Assembly (NCBI GenBank): GCA_963727445.1
Contig: CAVSGI010000010.1
Location: 1-64,000, forward strand
Source of the DNA: an uncultured delta proteobacterium
GTDB lineage: Bacteria; Myxococcota_A; Polyangia; Polyangiales; B10-G4
Reading direction: 5' to 3'
Length of the DNA stretch: 64,000 nt
Shown here one piece after another: positions 1 to 9,921 of this stretch (position 1 is its first letter; each line of letters starts with the position of its first letter). The notes under the pieces were generated by a model. The model ran no database searches, was not told the origin of the DNA, and was given only the letters and a program-made list of their open reading frames with translations. A program made the position numbers and the translations under genes.

Positions 1-893
1 CTTCTTGTCGTCTACTTCGTTAGGTTGGTCTTGTTGGTGGGAGCGCTGGTGCTCGCCATCGGGGTGCTGGTCGGCGTCGCGACCATGTCGTGGTCCTCAC
101 GCATCGGCGCGAAGCTCGAGACCGCGGTGCACGACTTCGAGATCCGGAGCTCACCGACGAAAACCGCGCCGAGGCGGAGCGCCTCTTTCTTTCGCGGGGC
201 TGCGGCGAGTGTCACCAGGCCGACGGGTCGGGGCAGGTGCTCGCCGACATCCCGCCGTTTCGGATGGCCCCGCCCAACATCACGCGTGTGGTTCGCCACA
301 TGTCGGCGGCGGAGCTTCACGCGCTGGTCCGTCGCGGCGTCCGCTCGGACGGAAGCCCGCTCTTCTTCATGCCGGCGCACGAGTACGCGCGCATGCCCGA
401 CTCCGAGCTGGGGCTGATCGTGGCCCACATCCGATCGCTCCCACAGAGCGATGCGTCGCATCCGCCCTCGGAGCTGCGCGTGCCCGGACAGTTGATGGCG
501 CTCCTGGGCGTCTTCGACACGCCCATGATCCCCGCCGAAGCGCTCGATCTCTCGGCGCCCTTCGACCCGGCGCGCCCCGACGAGGTGGGCGAGTACCTCG
601 CGACCGCCTGCCAGGGCTGTCATGGCCACCACCTTTCGGGCGGCCCGATCCCCGGCGCTCCCGAAGAGATCACCGGCGTCCCGAAGAACCTCACGCCCGA
701 CGAGACCGGGCTCGCCGGCTGGGACCTCGACAAGTTCACGGCCGCCCTCCGCGAAGGTCGAGGCGGCGACGGGCACACCATGGACGCGAAACAGATGCCC
801 TGGCGCGTCTATCGGCACTTCTCCGATGTGGAGATCAGCGCGATCTTCGAGCACCTTCAGGGGCTCGAGCCCCGTCCCTACGGCGGCCGCTGA
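1..893 (+). CDS. Membrane-anchored diheme cytochrome c (apparent frameshift near 143; may start upstream of the window)
   Basis: Two CxxCH motifs (CGECH, CQGCH) with distal Met motifs (FMP, QMPW) in ORF 90..893. The N-terminal hydrophobic helix LVLLVGALVLAIGVLVGV is in another frame (25..417) and joins at 'gagatccggagctcacc' if one C is restored. Confidence 0.8.
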
Positions 894-913
894 GCGCGGC
901 GGCGTCTCGCCGC

Positions 914-2226
914 TCAGAAGTTGAAGGTCGACATGGCCGGCGAGATGAGCGTCGAGCCACCGATCGTGGGAGAGCTTCCAGCCGGGAGGTTCGCCTGGAT
1001 CCGCCCCACACCGCCCCCGCCCCCGCCGCCGCCATAGGTGCTGCTGAAGCCGCCCGGCCCGGCGGACGCGCCACGGCCCGCGCCCAAGCCGCCCCCGCCC
1101 GACGTGCCCGCCGGGGCGCCGCCCAAGCCGCCGGCGAGGCCAGTGGTACCTTCGCGCCCGTCGGTGCTCCCGCCGGGGCCTCCACCCGAGCCACCGCCGC
1201 CGCCGTTGGCGGTGATCGTGGGTGTCCGACACGTTGAGCGCGTTCGTCTCGAAGAAGATCGTTCCTCCCGCGCCGCCCCTGTGCCGCCGTAGCTCATCGC
1301 GCCTCCCTGTCCCCCGCCGCCGGCGGAGTGCAGGCCCGCCGAGCCCGGAGCTCGATGGAGTCACCCGCGACGAGCTCGATGGCACCACCGCCGCCGCCGC
1401 CGAGCTGGAGCGCGAGCATGGCCATGAGGAAACCCCCCGACTGACCGCCGACCAGGGGGGAGAGAAAATCTCCGACCGCGGCCCCGCCGCCGCCGCCGAG
1501 CTCGGTGAAGCCGTTGCCACCGCGACCGCCCGCGCTGCCGTTGCCTCCGCCGCCGGTGCCGCCGCTGTTCATCGTGCCCGTCCCCGTCATGGGCGACGCG
1601 CCTGGGCCGTTGGGCGTCGTTCCCGGGGACAGGTCGATGGTTCCGTCGATGACCATCGTCGTCAGGGCCACCAACGCGAGCGCCCGGGAGCCGGTGACGG
1701 TCACGATGGCTCCGCTCGAGACGGTCACGGTGCGGCCGCCGACCACGCAGATGTCCGGGATGGTGCCCGCCTGCGGCACGATGAAATCGCACATCGAATC
1801 GCTGGTGGTGTCGAAGGTGAAGCGGGCGCTCCACACGAGGTCCGATGACGAGATGCGGGTGAACGTGTCGCTCGGGAGGTTGGTGAGCGGGAGGCCCGGC
1901 GAACCGGCGTCGCCGTCGGGCATGCCGGCGTCGCTGTCGGGCATGCCGGCGTCGCCGTCGGGCGAGCCGGTGTCGCCGTCGGGAATGCCCGCATCGGCGT
2001 CGGGCATCGCGGCATCGGCGTCAGGCATCGCAGCATCGGCGTCGCGCGGCGCGTCGACCAAAGCGTCCATGCTGCTGTCCATCGGCGACGCCGTGTCCAT
2101 TCCGGTATCGGCGATGGCGGCGTCCACATCGGCGTAGCCCAGGCGGCAACCCGAAGTGAGGACCATCAAAAGCGCGGCGCAGCCGAGAAGGCCGCGGACA
2201 CTCCCGGCGGTGGAGCGGGTCACCAC
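914..2226 (-). CDS. Gly-rich secreted lipoprotein (PE-PGRS-like), broken by about three frameshifts near 1346, 1278 and 1228
   Basis: Signal peptide and lipobox LLMVLTSGC, an Asp-rich repeat linker, then GGGGG/GAIEL/GTIFFE/GRI repeats distributed over three reading frames. Confidence 0.65.
1897..2043 (-). repeat. Seven degenerate 21-bp tandem repeats encoding D(A/G/S)D(A/T)(A/G)(M/I/S)P
   Basis: Translation reads DADAAMP DADAAMP DADAGIP DGDTGSP DGDAGMP DSDAGMP DGDAGSP. Confidence 0.85.
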
Positions 2227-2261
2227 AGGGCCAAGGATGCCACGAGACGCAGCATCCGCGT

Positions 2262-3413
2262 TCAGCCGGCGGCTTCCGATTCGACGTGATGAACGAGCGC
2301 GCGCGCGCCTCGCCCGAAGACTTCGGGCGGCGTGAGCAGGCTGAGCACCAGCCAACCGTCTTCTTGGAAGTCGTAGAAGTAACCGGGCTGGACCAGCACG
2401 GCCGCTTCTTCGAGGAGATGGATGGCCCATTGCTCGTCGGTTCGCGTGCGGGGCACGCGCAGGCAGGCGTACCAGCCAGCTTCGACGTGGGGGACGCTGA
2501 TGGGTGAGCCTTCGTGCAAGAGCGCGCGAAGCGCCGCGAGGTTGTCGCGGGTGCGCGCCCGGATCGCTCCGGCGACCACGTCGCGCGTCCGGAGCCATTC
2601 GGGCAGGGCGACCATCGCCGGCGTGCTCACGGAGAGAAAGGCGTCGGCCGCAACCGCCAGTCGATCGAGGAGGGGCCGGGCGAAGCCGTCGTCACCGCCG
2701 GCCAGGATGAAGCCGACCTTCATCTGGGGCAGACCGGCGAGCTTCGACAGGCCGCTCACCACGATGCGCGGGCGCTCGCGGGTGTAGACGGATCGCACCT
2801 CGCCCTCGAGGGGATAGCTCGCGAAGACCTCGTCGACCACGAGAGGCAGGCCGCCCGCCTCGAGCGCCTCGAGGTCGTCGTCGTCGAGCACGGAGCCGGT
2901 CGGGTTGTTCGGGCTCACCGCCAGGATGGCGCGCGCGCCGCACAGGAGCCCGTGCTCCACCGACGCCCGGTCCACGAACCACCGGCCGTCCCACGAAAGC
3001 GCATAGGGCGTGAGCGCGACCCCCGAGAGCGTCGCCAGATGCGACAGGAGCGGATAGCTGGGCTCGGGGGCGAGGACGCGATCGCCGGGGTCGCAGAGCA
3101 CCGACATCAAAAGGGCGTAGGCCTCGCTCGTCGACGCCGTCAGCATCACGCGCTCCGGGTCCACGCCGAGGGTCTCGCCGACCGCCGCGCGCGCAGACGC
3201 CAGGCCCATGGGGTCGGGCGCGTAGTCGAGCGCGCGTGGGTCGGACAGGGCCTGCAGGATCGAAGGCGGGTAGGGGAGATCGGCGCGGGTCGGGTTCGAG
3301 AGGGTGAGATCCGACAGCGCACGGCCGGCGGCGCGGGCGCGCCGGAGGGCGAGTGTCAGAGGGTTTTCCTCAGTGCTGACGGCGCTTCGGCGCGAGAGAT
3401 GGAGCGGGCTCAC
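2262..3413 (-). CDS. PLP-dependent aminotransferase, class I/II
   Basis: Motifs SPNNPTG, DEVF and SGLSKLAGLPQMKVG (PLP lysine). GTG start at 3413 is inferred. Confidence 0.85.
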   Translation of the reverse strand: MSPLHLSRRSAVSTEENPLTLALRRARAAGRALSDLTLSNPTRADLPYPPSILQALSDPRALDYAPDPMGLASARAAVGETLGVDPERVMLTASTSEAYALLMSVLCDPGDRVLAPEPSYPLLSHLATLSGVALTPYALSWDGRWFVDRASVEHGLLCGARAILAVSPNNPTGSVLDDDDLEALEAGGLPLVVDEVFASYPLEGEVRSVYTRERPRIVVSGLSKLAGLPQMKVGFILAGGDDGFARPLLDRLAVAADAFLSVSTPAMVALPEWLRTRDVVAGAIRARTRDNLAALRALLHEGSPISVPHVEAGWYACLRVPRTRTDEQWAIHLLEEAAVLVQPGYFYDFQEDGWLVLSLLTPPEVFGRGARALVHHVESEAAG

Positions 3414-3522
3414 CACCGCGGGATTGTCGACTTGCGAGCGATGGACGCAACCCCCGCCGCGAGCGAACGACAAGGAGCTGACCACGGCCCCACGCGAGTG
3501 GTTTACCCTCCCATGCTCCCGG

Positions 3523-4615
3523 ATGGCTCAGGAAAAGACCGAGGAACCCACACCGAAGAAGCTGCGCGAGGCGCGCAAGCGCGGCGAGGTGTGGAAGAGC
3601 CGCCAGCTCACCACCGCGGGGATGCTCCTGGCCACCGCCGGCGTGCTCTGGGCGACCGGCGAGTCGGCCCTCTCGAAGCTCGAGGCGTCCTTTCATCTGT
3701 CGATCAGCGCGATGAACCGCGGTCTCGGCACCCTGCCGTCCACGCTGGAAGCCGCCGTCAGCCTCGGTCTGTCGATCCTGGCGCCGATCCTCGCGACCGC
3801 GATCTCGGTCGCCGTGCTCACCCAGGTCCTCCAGACCGGCCCGCTCTTCACGACCGAGCCGCTCTCGCCGAAGGTCGAGCGCCTCGACCCCGTCCAGGGG
3901 ATGAAGCGGATTCTTCAGTCAGAAGAACCTGGTCGAGCTCATCAAGTCCACGGTCATCGTCGTGCTGGTCGGGGCGGTGGTGCTGTGGACGCTGAAGAGC
4001 TCCCTTCGCGGAGTCGTGGGGCTCGTGGGGCAGGGCGCCATGAGTGCGCTGACGGCGAGTGGCGTCCTCGCGATCCGTCTGCTCCTACGCGTCGGCGCGG
4101 CGATCGCGGCGCTGGCGGTGCTCGACGCGCTCTACCAGCGGTGGCGCTACCGGCAGGACCAGCGCATGACCAAGGAAGAGGTGCGACGTGAGTACAAGGA
4201 GTCCGAAGGAGATCCTCACCTCAAGCGGGAACGGGAGCGCGTCCATCGCGAGGTCGTCACTCACGGCGTGCTCGAGTCGGTTCGCGACGCGGACGTGCTG
4301 GTCGTGAACCCGACGCACCTCGCAGTGGCGCTGAAGTACGACGCCGAGGGCGAGCTGGACGCGCCGGAGATCGTCGCCAAAGGACAGGAAGATCTGGCGC
4401 AGCGCATGATTCGCGTGGCCGAGGCCGAGGGGGTCCCCGTCATGCGCGACGTCCCGCTGGCGCGCGCGCTCTTCGAGCTCGAGGTCGGCGTCGAGATCCC
4501 CGAGCGTCTCTACGAGGCGGTGGCGGTGATCCTGCGCGCGGCGTGGGCCGAGCGCGCCGCCCTCGAGCGTCAGTCGGAGGCGGCGCCGGGCGTCGATCCC
4601 GACGAGGGTCGATGA
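3523..4615 (+). CDS. flhB: FlhB/YscU/EscU (SctU) type III export apparatus switch protein, frameshift near 3912
   Basis: N-terminus EKTEEPTPKKLREARKRGEV, MTKEEVRREYKESEGDP, autocleavage motif NPTH, and PLARAL. Removing one base in 'cggattcttcagt' gives KRIFSQKNLVELIKS and joins the two ORFs. Confidence 0.88.
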
Positions 4616-6948
4616 GCGGAACGACGGAGAGCCTCTTCGGCGAAGAGGAGAAGGGCGCGGAGGAGGTCGGCGCACGTTACGCCGAAGTAGCCGTACCCGT
4701 GCCGCTGCGCCGCACCTTCACGTACCGCGTGCCCGAGGCCCTCGCCGCCGCCGTGGCCGTGGGCTCGCGGGTGGCGGTTCCGTTTTCGGGGCGCAAGCTC
4801 CCGGGCGTGGTGCTCGCGCTCCGTGACGAGGCGCCACAGGACATCAAGAAGCTCAAGTCGGTCGCTGGGCTCCTCGAGAGCGAGCCCCTCTTTCCAGAGG
4901 AGCTGCTCACCTTCCTCCGCGCCGCCGCCGCGTACTACCTCCACCCGGTGGGCGACGTGCTCAAGGCGGCGGCGCCCGCCGTGCCCAAGGACGCGCTCAA
5001 GCGCCTCACGGCCGAAGGCTTTCTCTCGCCAGGCGACACGATGCCCGGCCTCGCGCTCGCGACCCGATCGATGCTCTTCGCCAGGCGCACGGAGCTGCCG
5101 CGCGATGGGCTCCGCCTCGGTGTGCGCCAGCTGAAGGCTCTCGCGTTGATCGAGGAGAGCGACGAGCTCGATCTCGACGCGCTGCGCGCCCACATCCAGA
5201 GTCCGCGCGCGACCCTCCGCGCGCTCGAGAAGAAGGGCCTGGTGACGACCGAGGATCGCGAGGTGATCGCGGACCCCTATTTCCGGACCGCGATCGCGCG
5301 CGACGCCCCGCCGGTGCTCAACGAGGCGCAGCGGGCGGCCACGACGGCCATCGGACGCGCGCTTCGGGGCGAGATCGAGGAAGACGCGCCACGCGGGTTC
5401 CTTCTTCACGGCGTCACCGGCTCGGGCAAGACCGAGGTCTACCTCCACGCCATCGGCGAGACGCTCGAGCTCGGCCGGGGCGGTTTGATTCTGGTGCCGG
5501 AGATCGCGCTCACGCCGCAGCTCGTCGCGCGCTTTCGCGCGCGCTTCGGCGACGACCTCGCGGTGCTGCACAGCGGGCTGAGCGCGCGGCAGCGCGAGGA
5601 CGCGTGGCGCGCGCTCCGTGCGGGCGTGCTCAAGATCGCCATCGGCGCACGCTCGGCGCTCTTCGCGCCGGTGCCCGCGCTCGGCATCGTGGTGGTCGAC
5701 GAGGAGCACGACCCCTCCTTCAAGCAGGAGGACGACTTTCGCTATCACGCTCGGGACATGGCGCTCCTGCGTGCGCAGCGCGCGGGCGCGGTTTGCGTTC
5801 TGGGGAGCGCGACCCCGTCGATCGAGTCGCGTTACCTCGCCGAGCAGGGGCGCCTCGGCTATCTGTCGCTGCCGAGCCGCGCCACCCGGGCGACGCTGCC
5901 CGAGGTGGAGATCGTGGACCTCGCCCGCCACCGCGAGGGGCCCTCGAGGAACCCGCTGCTCTCCGCGCCGCTGCACCGCTCTCTCGAGCGGTGCCTCGCC
6001 GCCGAGCAGCAGGCGATCCTCTTTCTGAATCGGCGCGGCTTCGCGCCGAGCGTGCGTTGCGGTGCGTGCGGCGAAGTGGTGGAGTGCCCGGCCTGCAGCG
6101 TGGCGCTCACCGAGCACCGCCGCGCCGGTGTGCTGCGCTGTCACTACTGCGACTTCGCGACGCCACCCACCGAGGCGTGTCCCTCCTGCGGCGCACTCGC
6201 GCTCGAGCGAGTGGGCCTCGGCACCGAGAAGCTCGAGGAGGCGCTCGCCGAGATCTTCGCGCCGGCCCGCGTGGCGCGCCTCGATCGCGACACCGCCTCC
6301 GGCGAGGGGGTCGAAGAGGTGCTGGCGAAGCTCCGCCGCGGCGAGATCGACATCCTGGTCGGCACGCAGATGGTGACCAAGGGGCACGATATGCCGACGG
6401 TGACGGTGGTGGGCGTGATCCTCGCCGACCAGTCCCTCGCCTTCCCGGATTTCCGCGCGTCCGAGCGCACCTTTCAGCTCCTGTCTCAGGTGGCGGGGCG
6501 TGCAGGGCGTGGAGACATGCCCGGCCGCGTGATCTTCCAGACCTTCCAGCCCGAGCACCCGGCGGTGCAGCTCGCTGCGCAGCACGACTACGACGGCTTC
6601 TACCGCACCGAGCTCTCGGCGCGCCAAGAGCTCGGCTACGCCCCTTTTTCGCGTCTGGTCGCGGTGCGCGTGAACGCCGGGGACGACGCGAAGGCCAGGC
6701 GTGCGGTCGCCGAGCTCGCCGACCTCGCGGCGGAGATGCCCGTGGTGCGCGACGGCGTGGTGCGCCTCCTCGGCCCGGCCCCGGCGCCGATCGCCCGCCT
6801 CAGAGGCCGTTACCGGCACCGCTTCCTCTTGAGAAGCGCCGATCGCCGTGCGCTCCGGCGCGTCGCCGCGGCGATCGCCGCGCGAATCGACGAAGGCCTG
6901 TCGCCCGCCCGCGCCAGCATCGACATCGACCCAGTCTCCATGCTCTGA
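4612..6948 (+). CDS. priA: Primosomal protein N' (replication restart helicase)
   Basis: GVTGSGKTEVY, DEEHD, GSATPS, two CxxC-CxxC zinc clusters, GTQMVTKGHD, QVAGRAGR, C-terminal DIDP. Confidence 0.97.
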   Translation: MSGTTESLFGEEEKGAEEVGARYAEVAVPVPLRRTFTYRVPEALAAAVAVGSRVAVPFSGRKLPGVVLALRDEAPQDIKKLKSVAGLLESEPLFPEELLTFLRAAAAYYLHPVGDVLKAAAPAVPKDALKRLTAEGFLSPGDTMPGLALATRSMLFARRTELPRDGLRLGVRQLKALALIEESDELDLDALRAHIQSPRATLRALEKKGLVTTEDREVIADPYFRTAIARDAPPVLNEAQRAATTAIGRALRGEIEEDAPRGFLLHGVTGSGKTEVYLHAIGETLELGRGGLILVPEIALTPQLVARFRARFGDDLAVLHSGLSARQREDAWRALRAGVLKIAIGARSALFAPVPALGIVVVDEEHDPSFKQEDDFRYHARDMALLRAQRAGAVCVLGSATPSIESRYLAEQGRLGYLSLPSRATRATLPEVEIVDLARHREGPSRNPLLSAPLHRSLERCLAAEQQAILFLNRRGFAPSVRCGACGEVVECPACSVALTEHRRAGVLRCHYCDFATPPTEACPSCGALALERVGLGTEKLEEALAEIFAPARVARLDRDTASGEGVEEVLAKLRRGEIDILVGTQMVTKGHDMPTVTVVGVILADQSLAFPDFRASERTFQLLSQVAGRAGRGDMPGRVIFQTFQPEHPAVQLAAQHDYDGFYRTELSARQELGYAPFSRLVAVRVNAGDDAKARRAVAELADLAAEMPVVRDGVVRLLGPAPAPIARLRGRYRHRFLLRSADRRALRRVAAAIAARIDEGLSPARASIDIDPVSML

Positions 6949-6949
6949 C

Positions 6950-7046
6950 GGGGACGCTAGCTTGACAATTGACTTCCTGGCGGCCTCTCCCAGCCGGGAG
7001 GGCTCGGGTCCTCGGGACGAAAGTCAATTGTCAATCTAGCGTCCCC
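6950..7046. repeat. 26-bp near-perfect inverted repeat flanking a 45-bp spacer (MITE/REP-like)
   Basis: 6950-6975 ggggacgctagcttgacaattgactt versus 7021-7046 aagtcaattgtcaatctagcgtcccc: 25 of 26 bases complementary. Confidence 0.9.
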
Positions 7047-7070
7047 CGAGCCGCGTTATCCTCTCGGGCG

Positions 7071-9272
7071 ATGTCCGAGTCGCCGCGCATCGTCCTCGCC
7101 GATCCGAGCGAGGAAGGAAAGGCCATCGCGGAGGCGCTCCGCAGGCGGAGCTATCGCGTCGTCGAGACGTCGATCCCGTCCCTGGCCGACGAGTGCGAGG
7201 GTGCGGCCTTGATCTTGATGGCGGGCGACGCGCCAGAAGCGGCCGCGGCCCTCGCCGATCTCGCCGACATCGCCGAGCTCGCCCCGATCATTCTCTTCGG
7301 CCATCCCGACGACGCCGAGGGCCACGAGGTGACCTCGGTTCGTCCGCTGGGAGCCGACGCCCACTACGCGCGGCCGGTCGCCGTCGACCGCCTGCTCCGC
7401 AAGGTGGAGACCCTCCTGTCGCCCCCCGAGACACGCCTCGCCCCGCCTCCCGAGAGCGAAGAGGCACCGCTGTCCGAGCGCACCGAGTCGGCCCCGCCCC
7501 CGGCCGCCCCGCCCACGTCCTCCGCGTCGCGCGAGCCCACGCTGATCCAATCGCCCGGTGACGAGTGGGGCGATGACGACGACGACGAGGAGGAAGAGGT
7601 CGCGTCGCAGCAGAAGCTGGACGACCTCTTCGAAGAATCGGAGGTGAGCGGCGTGGCGGAGGTCACGGGCATCTCCTTCCGCGATGACCTTCCATCGATC
7701 GAAGCCGCCGCGGCGGCTCACGATCCGGACAACCCCATCAGTCAGGTGGCCCGTCGTGCAGACTCGCATCCGCCCGCTCCGGTGCCGGAAGCCGCTGCGG
7801 TGCTCTCCCCGCGCCTCGCCACCATTTTCAGCGAAGCGGATCGTCGCGTCTTTCCCGACGAGCCTCCGCTCGATCTCGATCTCCCCGATCGCCAGGAGTC
7901 GGCGCGGGAGCTGGTGCCCGACGACCTGCTCGAGATCGTGGTCATGCCCACCGAGACCCGGGAGGAGGATCCGCTCGAGGCCTTCACGTACGTGGGTGTG
8001 GTGCCAGCGGAGCTCATCGGTGCGCCGCTGCCCCTGCCCGAGGCGGCGCAGCGCTTCCAGCCACAATCGATGACCAACGAGCTGCCGCCCGCTCGCCCCA
8101 TGCGCACCGAGGCCCAGCAGGAAGACGTCCGCCCTTCGCGGCCACCGCGGACGCTGGCGCAATCCGACTCCGTCGACATCGGCTCGCTTCCCGAGGCACG
8201 CGAGACGCCCGAGGCGCCCGAGATCCTGCCTCCCTCCGTCGTCGAGGAGACCCGCGACGAGCCCACCCGCGAGAGCCTGGAGCAGCACGGGCGGGTCGAG
8301 GGCCCCGAGGTCTTCCGCTTTCTGATGTCGATCGCGGAGTCGCGCCGCCCCATCGACGCGCGCCTCACCCTCCCCGACGGAAGCCGCGTCTACCTCGTCA
8401 TCTGCGATCGACAGCTGAAGCGCATGGTGGGCGACGTCCACGTCCGCGCGGTCCGCGAGCTTCACCAGCGGGGTCGCATCGACGAGGCTCCCTCCGACGA
8501 GCACGCCGCCGCCGAGCTTCTGGGCGAGCAAATTCGCGCGGGCGCGATCGGCAAGTTCGAGTCGGATCGCATTCTTCGCCGAGCGCGGGAGTCCCGCATC
8601 CACGACCTCGCCGTCGCCGACAGCCTGGAGCTCGACGTCGAGGGAACCGACCAGGGCCTGGGTGCGCCTTCGCTCTTCGCGTCGCCGCTGCCGGCGGTGC
8701 TCGCCGAGGGGGCGCGACGTCGTATCGACCCGGCGCGGGTGCGCGTGCTCTTCGGTGGTGGCGACATGGTGATCGAGCTCGGCGAAGGCTTGGACGCCGC
8801 CGCCGCTGCGCTCGAGCTCGAACCCGAGGTGGTGAGCGCGCTCAGGCGCGCCGATGGCGGGAGCGTCGAGACCTTCCTCGACGCGGCTCCCGCCGAGGAG
8901 GGGCTCGCCGGAGCGCTGCTCGCCCTTCACGCGACGGGGGCGGTGTTCTTGGAGGCGCGCCCGGCCGATCACACCGGTGTGGTCTCCGATCCGCGCACCG
9001 CCGTCAGAGCGCTGGTCGAAGCGGCGTACGCCCTCGCGGAGGAGGGCTGCTACTTCGACGTCCTCGGGGCCCTGCCCGACGCACGCCCGCGCGAGCTTCG
9101 TGCGCTCTGGAAAGCGCGCCGACACGAGCTCGCCCAGATCGACCTCGAGGCGCTCGGTCTCCCGGAGCTGGGGGCCAAGCGGAGCGAGGCGATCGAGGTG
9201 GTGGACGAGGCCTTCGAGGTTCTCGGGGACGAAGAGCTGGCGCGGGCCTATCGGCGCTCCCTGGGCCTCTGA
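7071..9272 (+). CDS. Multidomain protein: degenerate receiver, acidic/Pro-rich linker, DUF4388-like region, C-terminal J-domain-like region
   Basis: N-terminus RIVLAD...GADAHYARPV. C-terminus YFDVLG...VDEAFEVLGDEELARAY, without an HPD motif. Confidence 0.6.
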   Translation: MSESPRIVLADPSEEGKAIAEALRRRSYRVVETSIPSLADECEGAALILMAGDAPEAAAALADLADIAELAPIILFGHPDDAEGHEVTSVRPLGADAHYARPVAVDRLLRKVETLLSPPETRLAPPPESEEAPLSERTESAPPPAAPPTSSASREPTLIQSPGDEWGDDDDDEEEEVASQQKLDDLFEESEVSGVAEVTGISFRDDLPSIEAAAAAHDPDNPISQVARRADSHPPAPVPEAAAVLSPRLATIFSEADRRVFPDEPPLDLDLPDRQESARELVPDDLLEIVVMPTETREEDPLEAFTYVGVVPAELIGAPLPLPEAAQRFQPQSMTNELPPARPMRTEAQQEDVRPSRPPRTLAQSDSVDIGSLPEARETPEAPEILPPSVVEETRDEPTRESLEQHGRVEGPEVFRFLMSIAESRRPIDARLTLPDGSRVYLVICDRQLKRMVGDVHVRAVRELHQRGRIDEAPSDEHAAAELLGEQIRAGAIGKFESDRILRRARESRIHDLAVADSLELDVEGTDQGLGAPSLFASPLPAVLAEGARRRIDPARVRVLFGGGDMVIELGEGLDAAAAALELEPEVVSALRRADGGSVETFLDAAPAEEGLAGALLALHATGAVFLEARPADHTGVVSDPRTAVRALVEAAYALAEEGCYFDVLGALPDARPRELRALWKARRHELAQIDLEALGLPELGAKRSEAIEVVDEAFEVLGDEELARAYRRSLGL

Positions 9273-9380
9273 AATCGCGAGATTACCGCGCAATTTCGCG
9301 GCGATGACTTGCTCGCCGCGGCCTGGGTCATTATGAATGGGACGCGAGGTTTCCTCGCGGAAACTCGGCAGGAACGCGTC

Positions 9381-9902
9381 ATGGCGATTCGTACCATCCT
9401 TCACTACCCAGACAAGCGCCTCCGGAACCCCGGTCAGCCGGTCGAGGAGTTCGGGCCCGCGCTGCATCAGCTCCTCGACGACATGGCGGAGACGATGTAC
9501 GCCGCGCCGGGCGTCGGGTTGGCCGCGCCGCAGATCGGTGTCTCCAAGCGCATCTTCATCATCGACGTCGCTACCGGCGAGGACGAGCCGAGCGACCTCC
9601 GGGTGTTCATCAATCCCGAGATCGTCGAAAAGGAAGGCACCGTCTGTTGGGAGGAGGGCTGTCTGTCCTTCCCGGGCGTCCACGAAGAGGTCGAGCGCGC
9701 CGAACGCGTGAAGGTGCGCGCCGTCGACAAGGACGGCAAGCCCTTCGAGCTCGAGGCCGACGGGCTGCTCGCCATCGCCATCCAGCACGAAAACGATCAC
9801 CTCGAGGGCAAGCTGATGATCGATCACCTCAGCTTGCTCAAGCGACGCCTCGTGCATCGCACGATGGTCAAGCGCGCGGCCTCGGACAAGGCCGCCGAGT
9901 AA
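9381..9902 (+). CDS. def: Peptide deformylase
   Basis: GVGLAAPQIG, EGCLS and QHENDHLEG motifs. Confidence 0.97.
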   Translation: MAIRTILHYPDKRLRNPGQPVEEFGPALHQLLDDMAETMYAAPGVGLAAPQIGVSKRIFIIDVATGEDEPSDLRVFINPEIVEKEGTVCWEEGCLSFPGVHEEVERAERVKVRAVDKDGKPFELEADGLLAIAIQHENDHLEGKLMIDHLSLLKRRLVHRTMVKRAASDKAAE

Positions 9903-9921
9903 CGAAGACACGTTCGAGGCG

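Noticed and set aside
3900..3930. Programmed frameshift in flhB
   Set aside because: No slippery heptamer or stimulatory structure; similar indels occur throughout the window.
6962..6990. Sigma70 promoter from the TTGACA in the inverted repeat
   Set aside because: No -10 element at 16-18 bp spacing on the plus strand.
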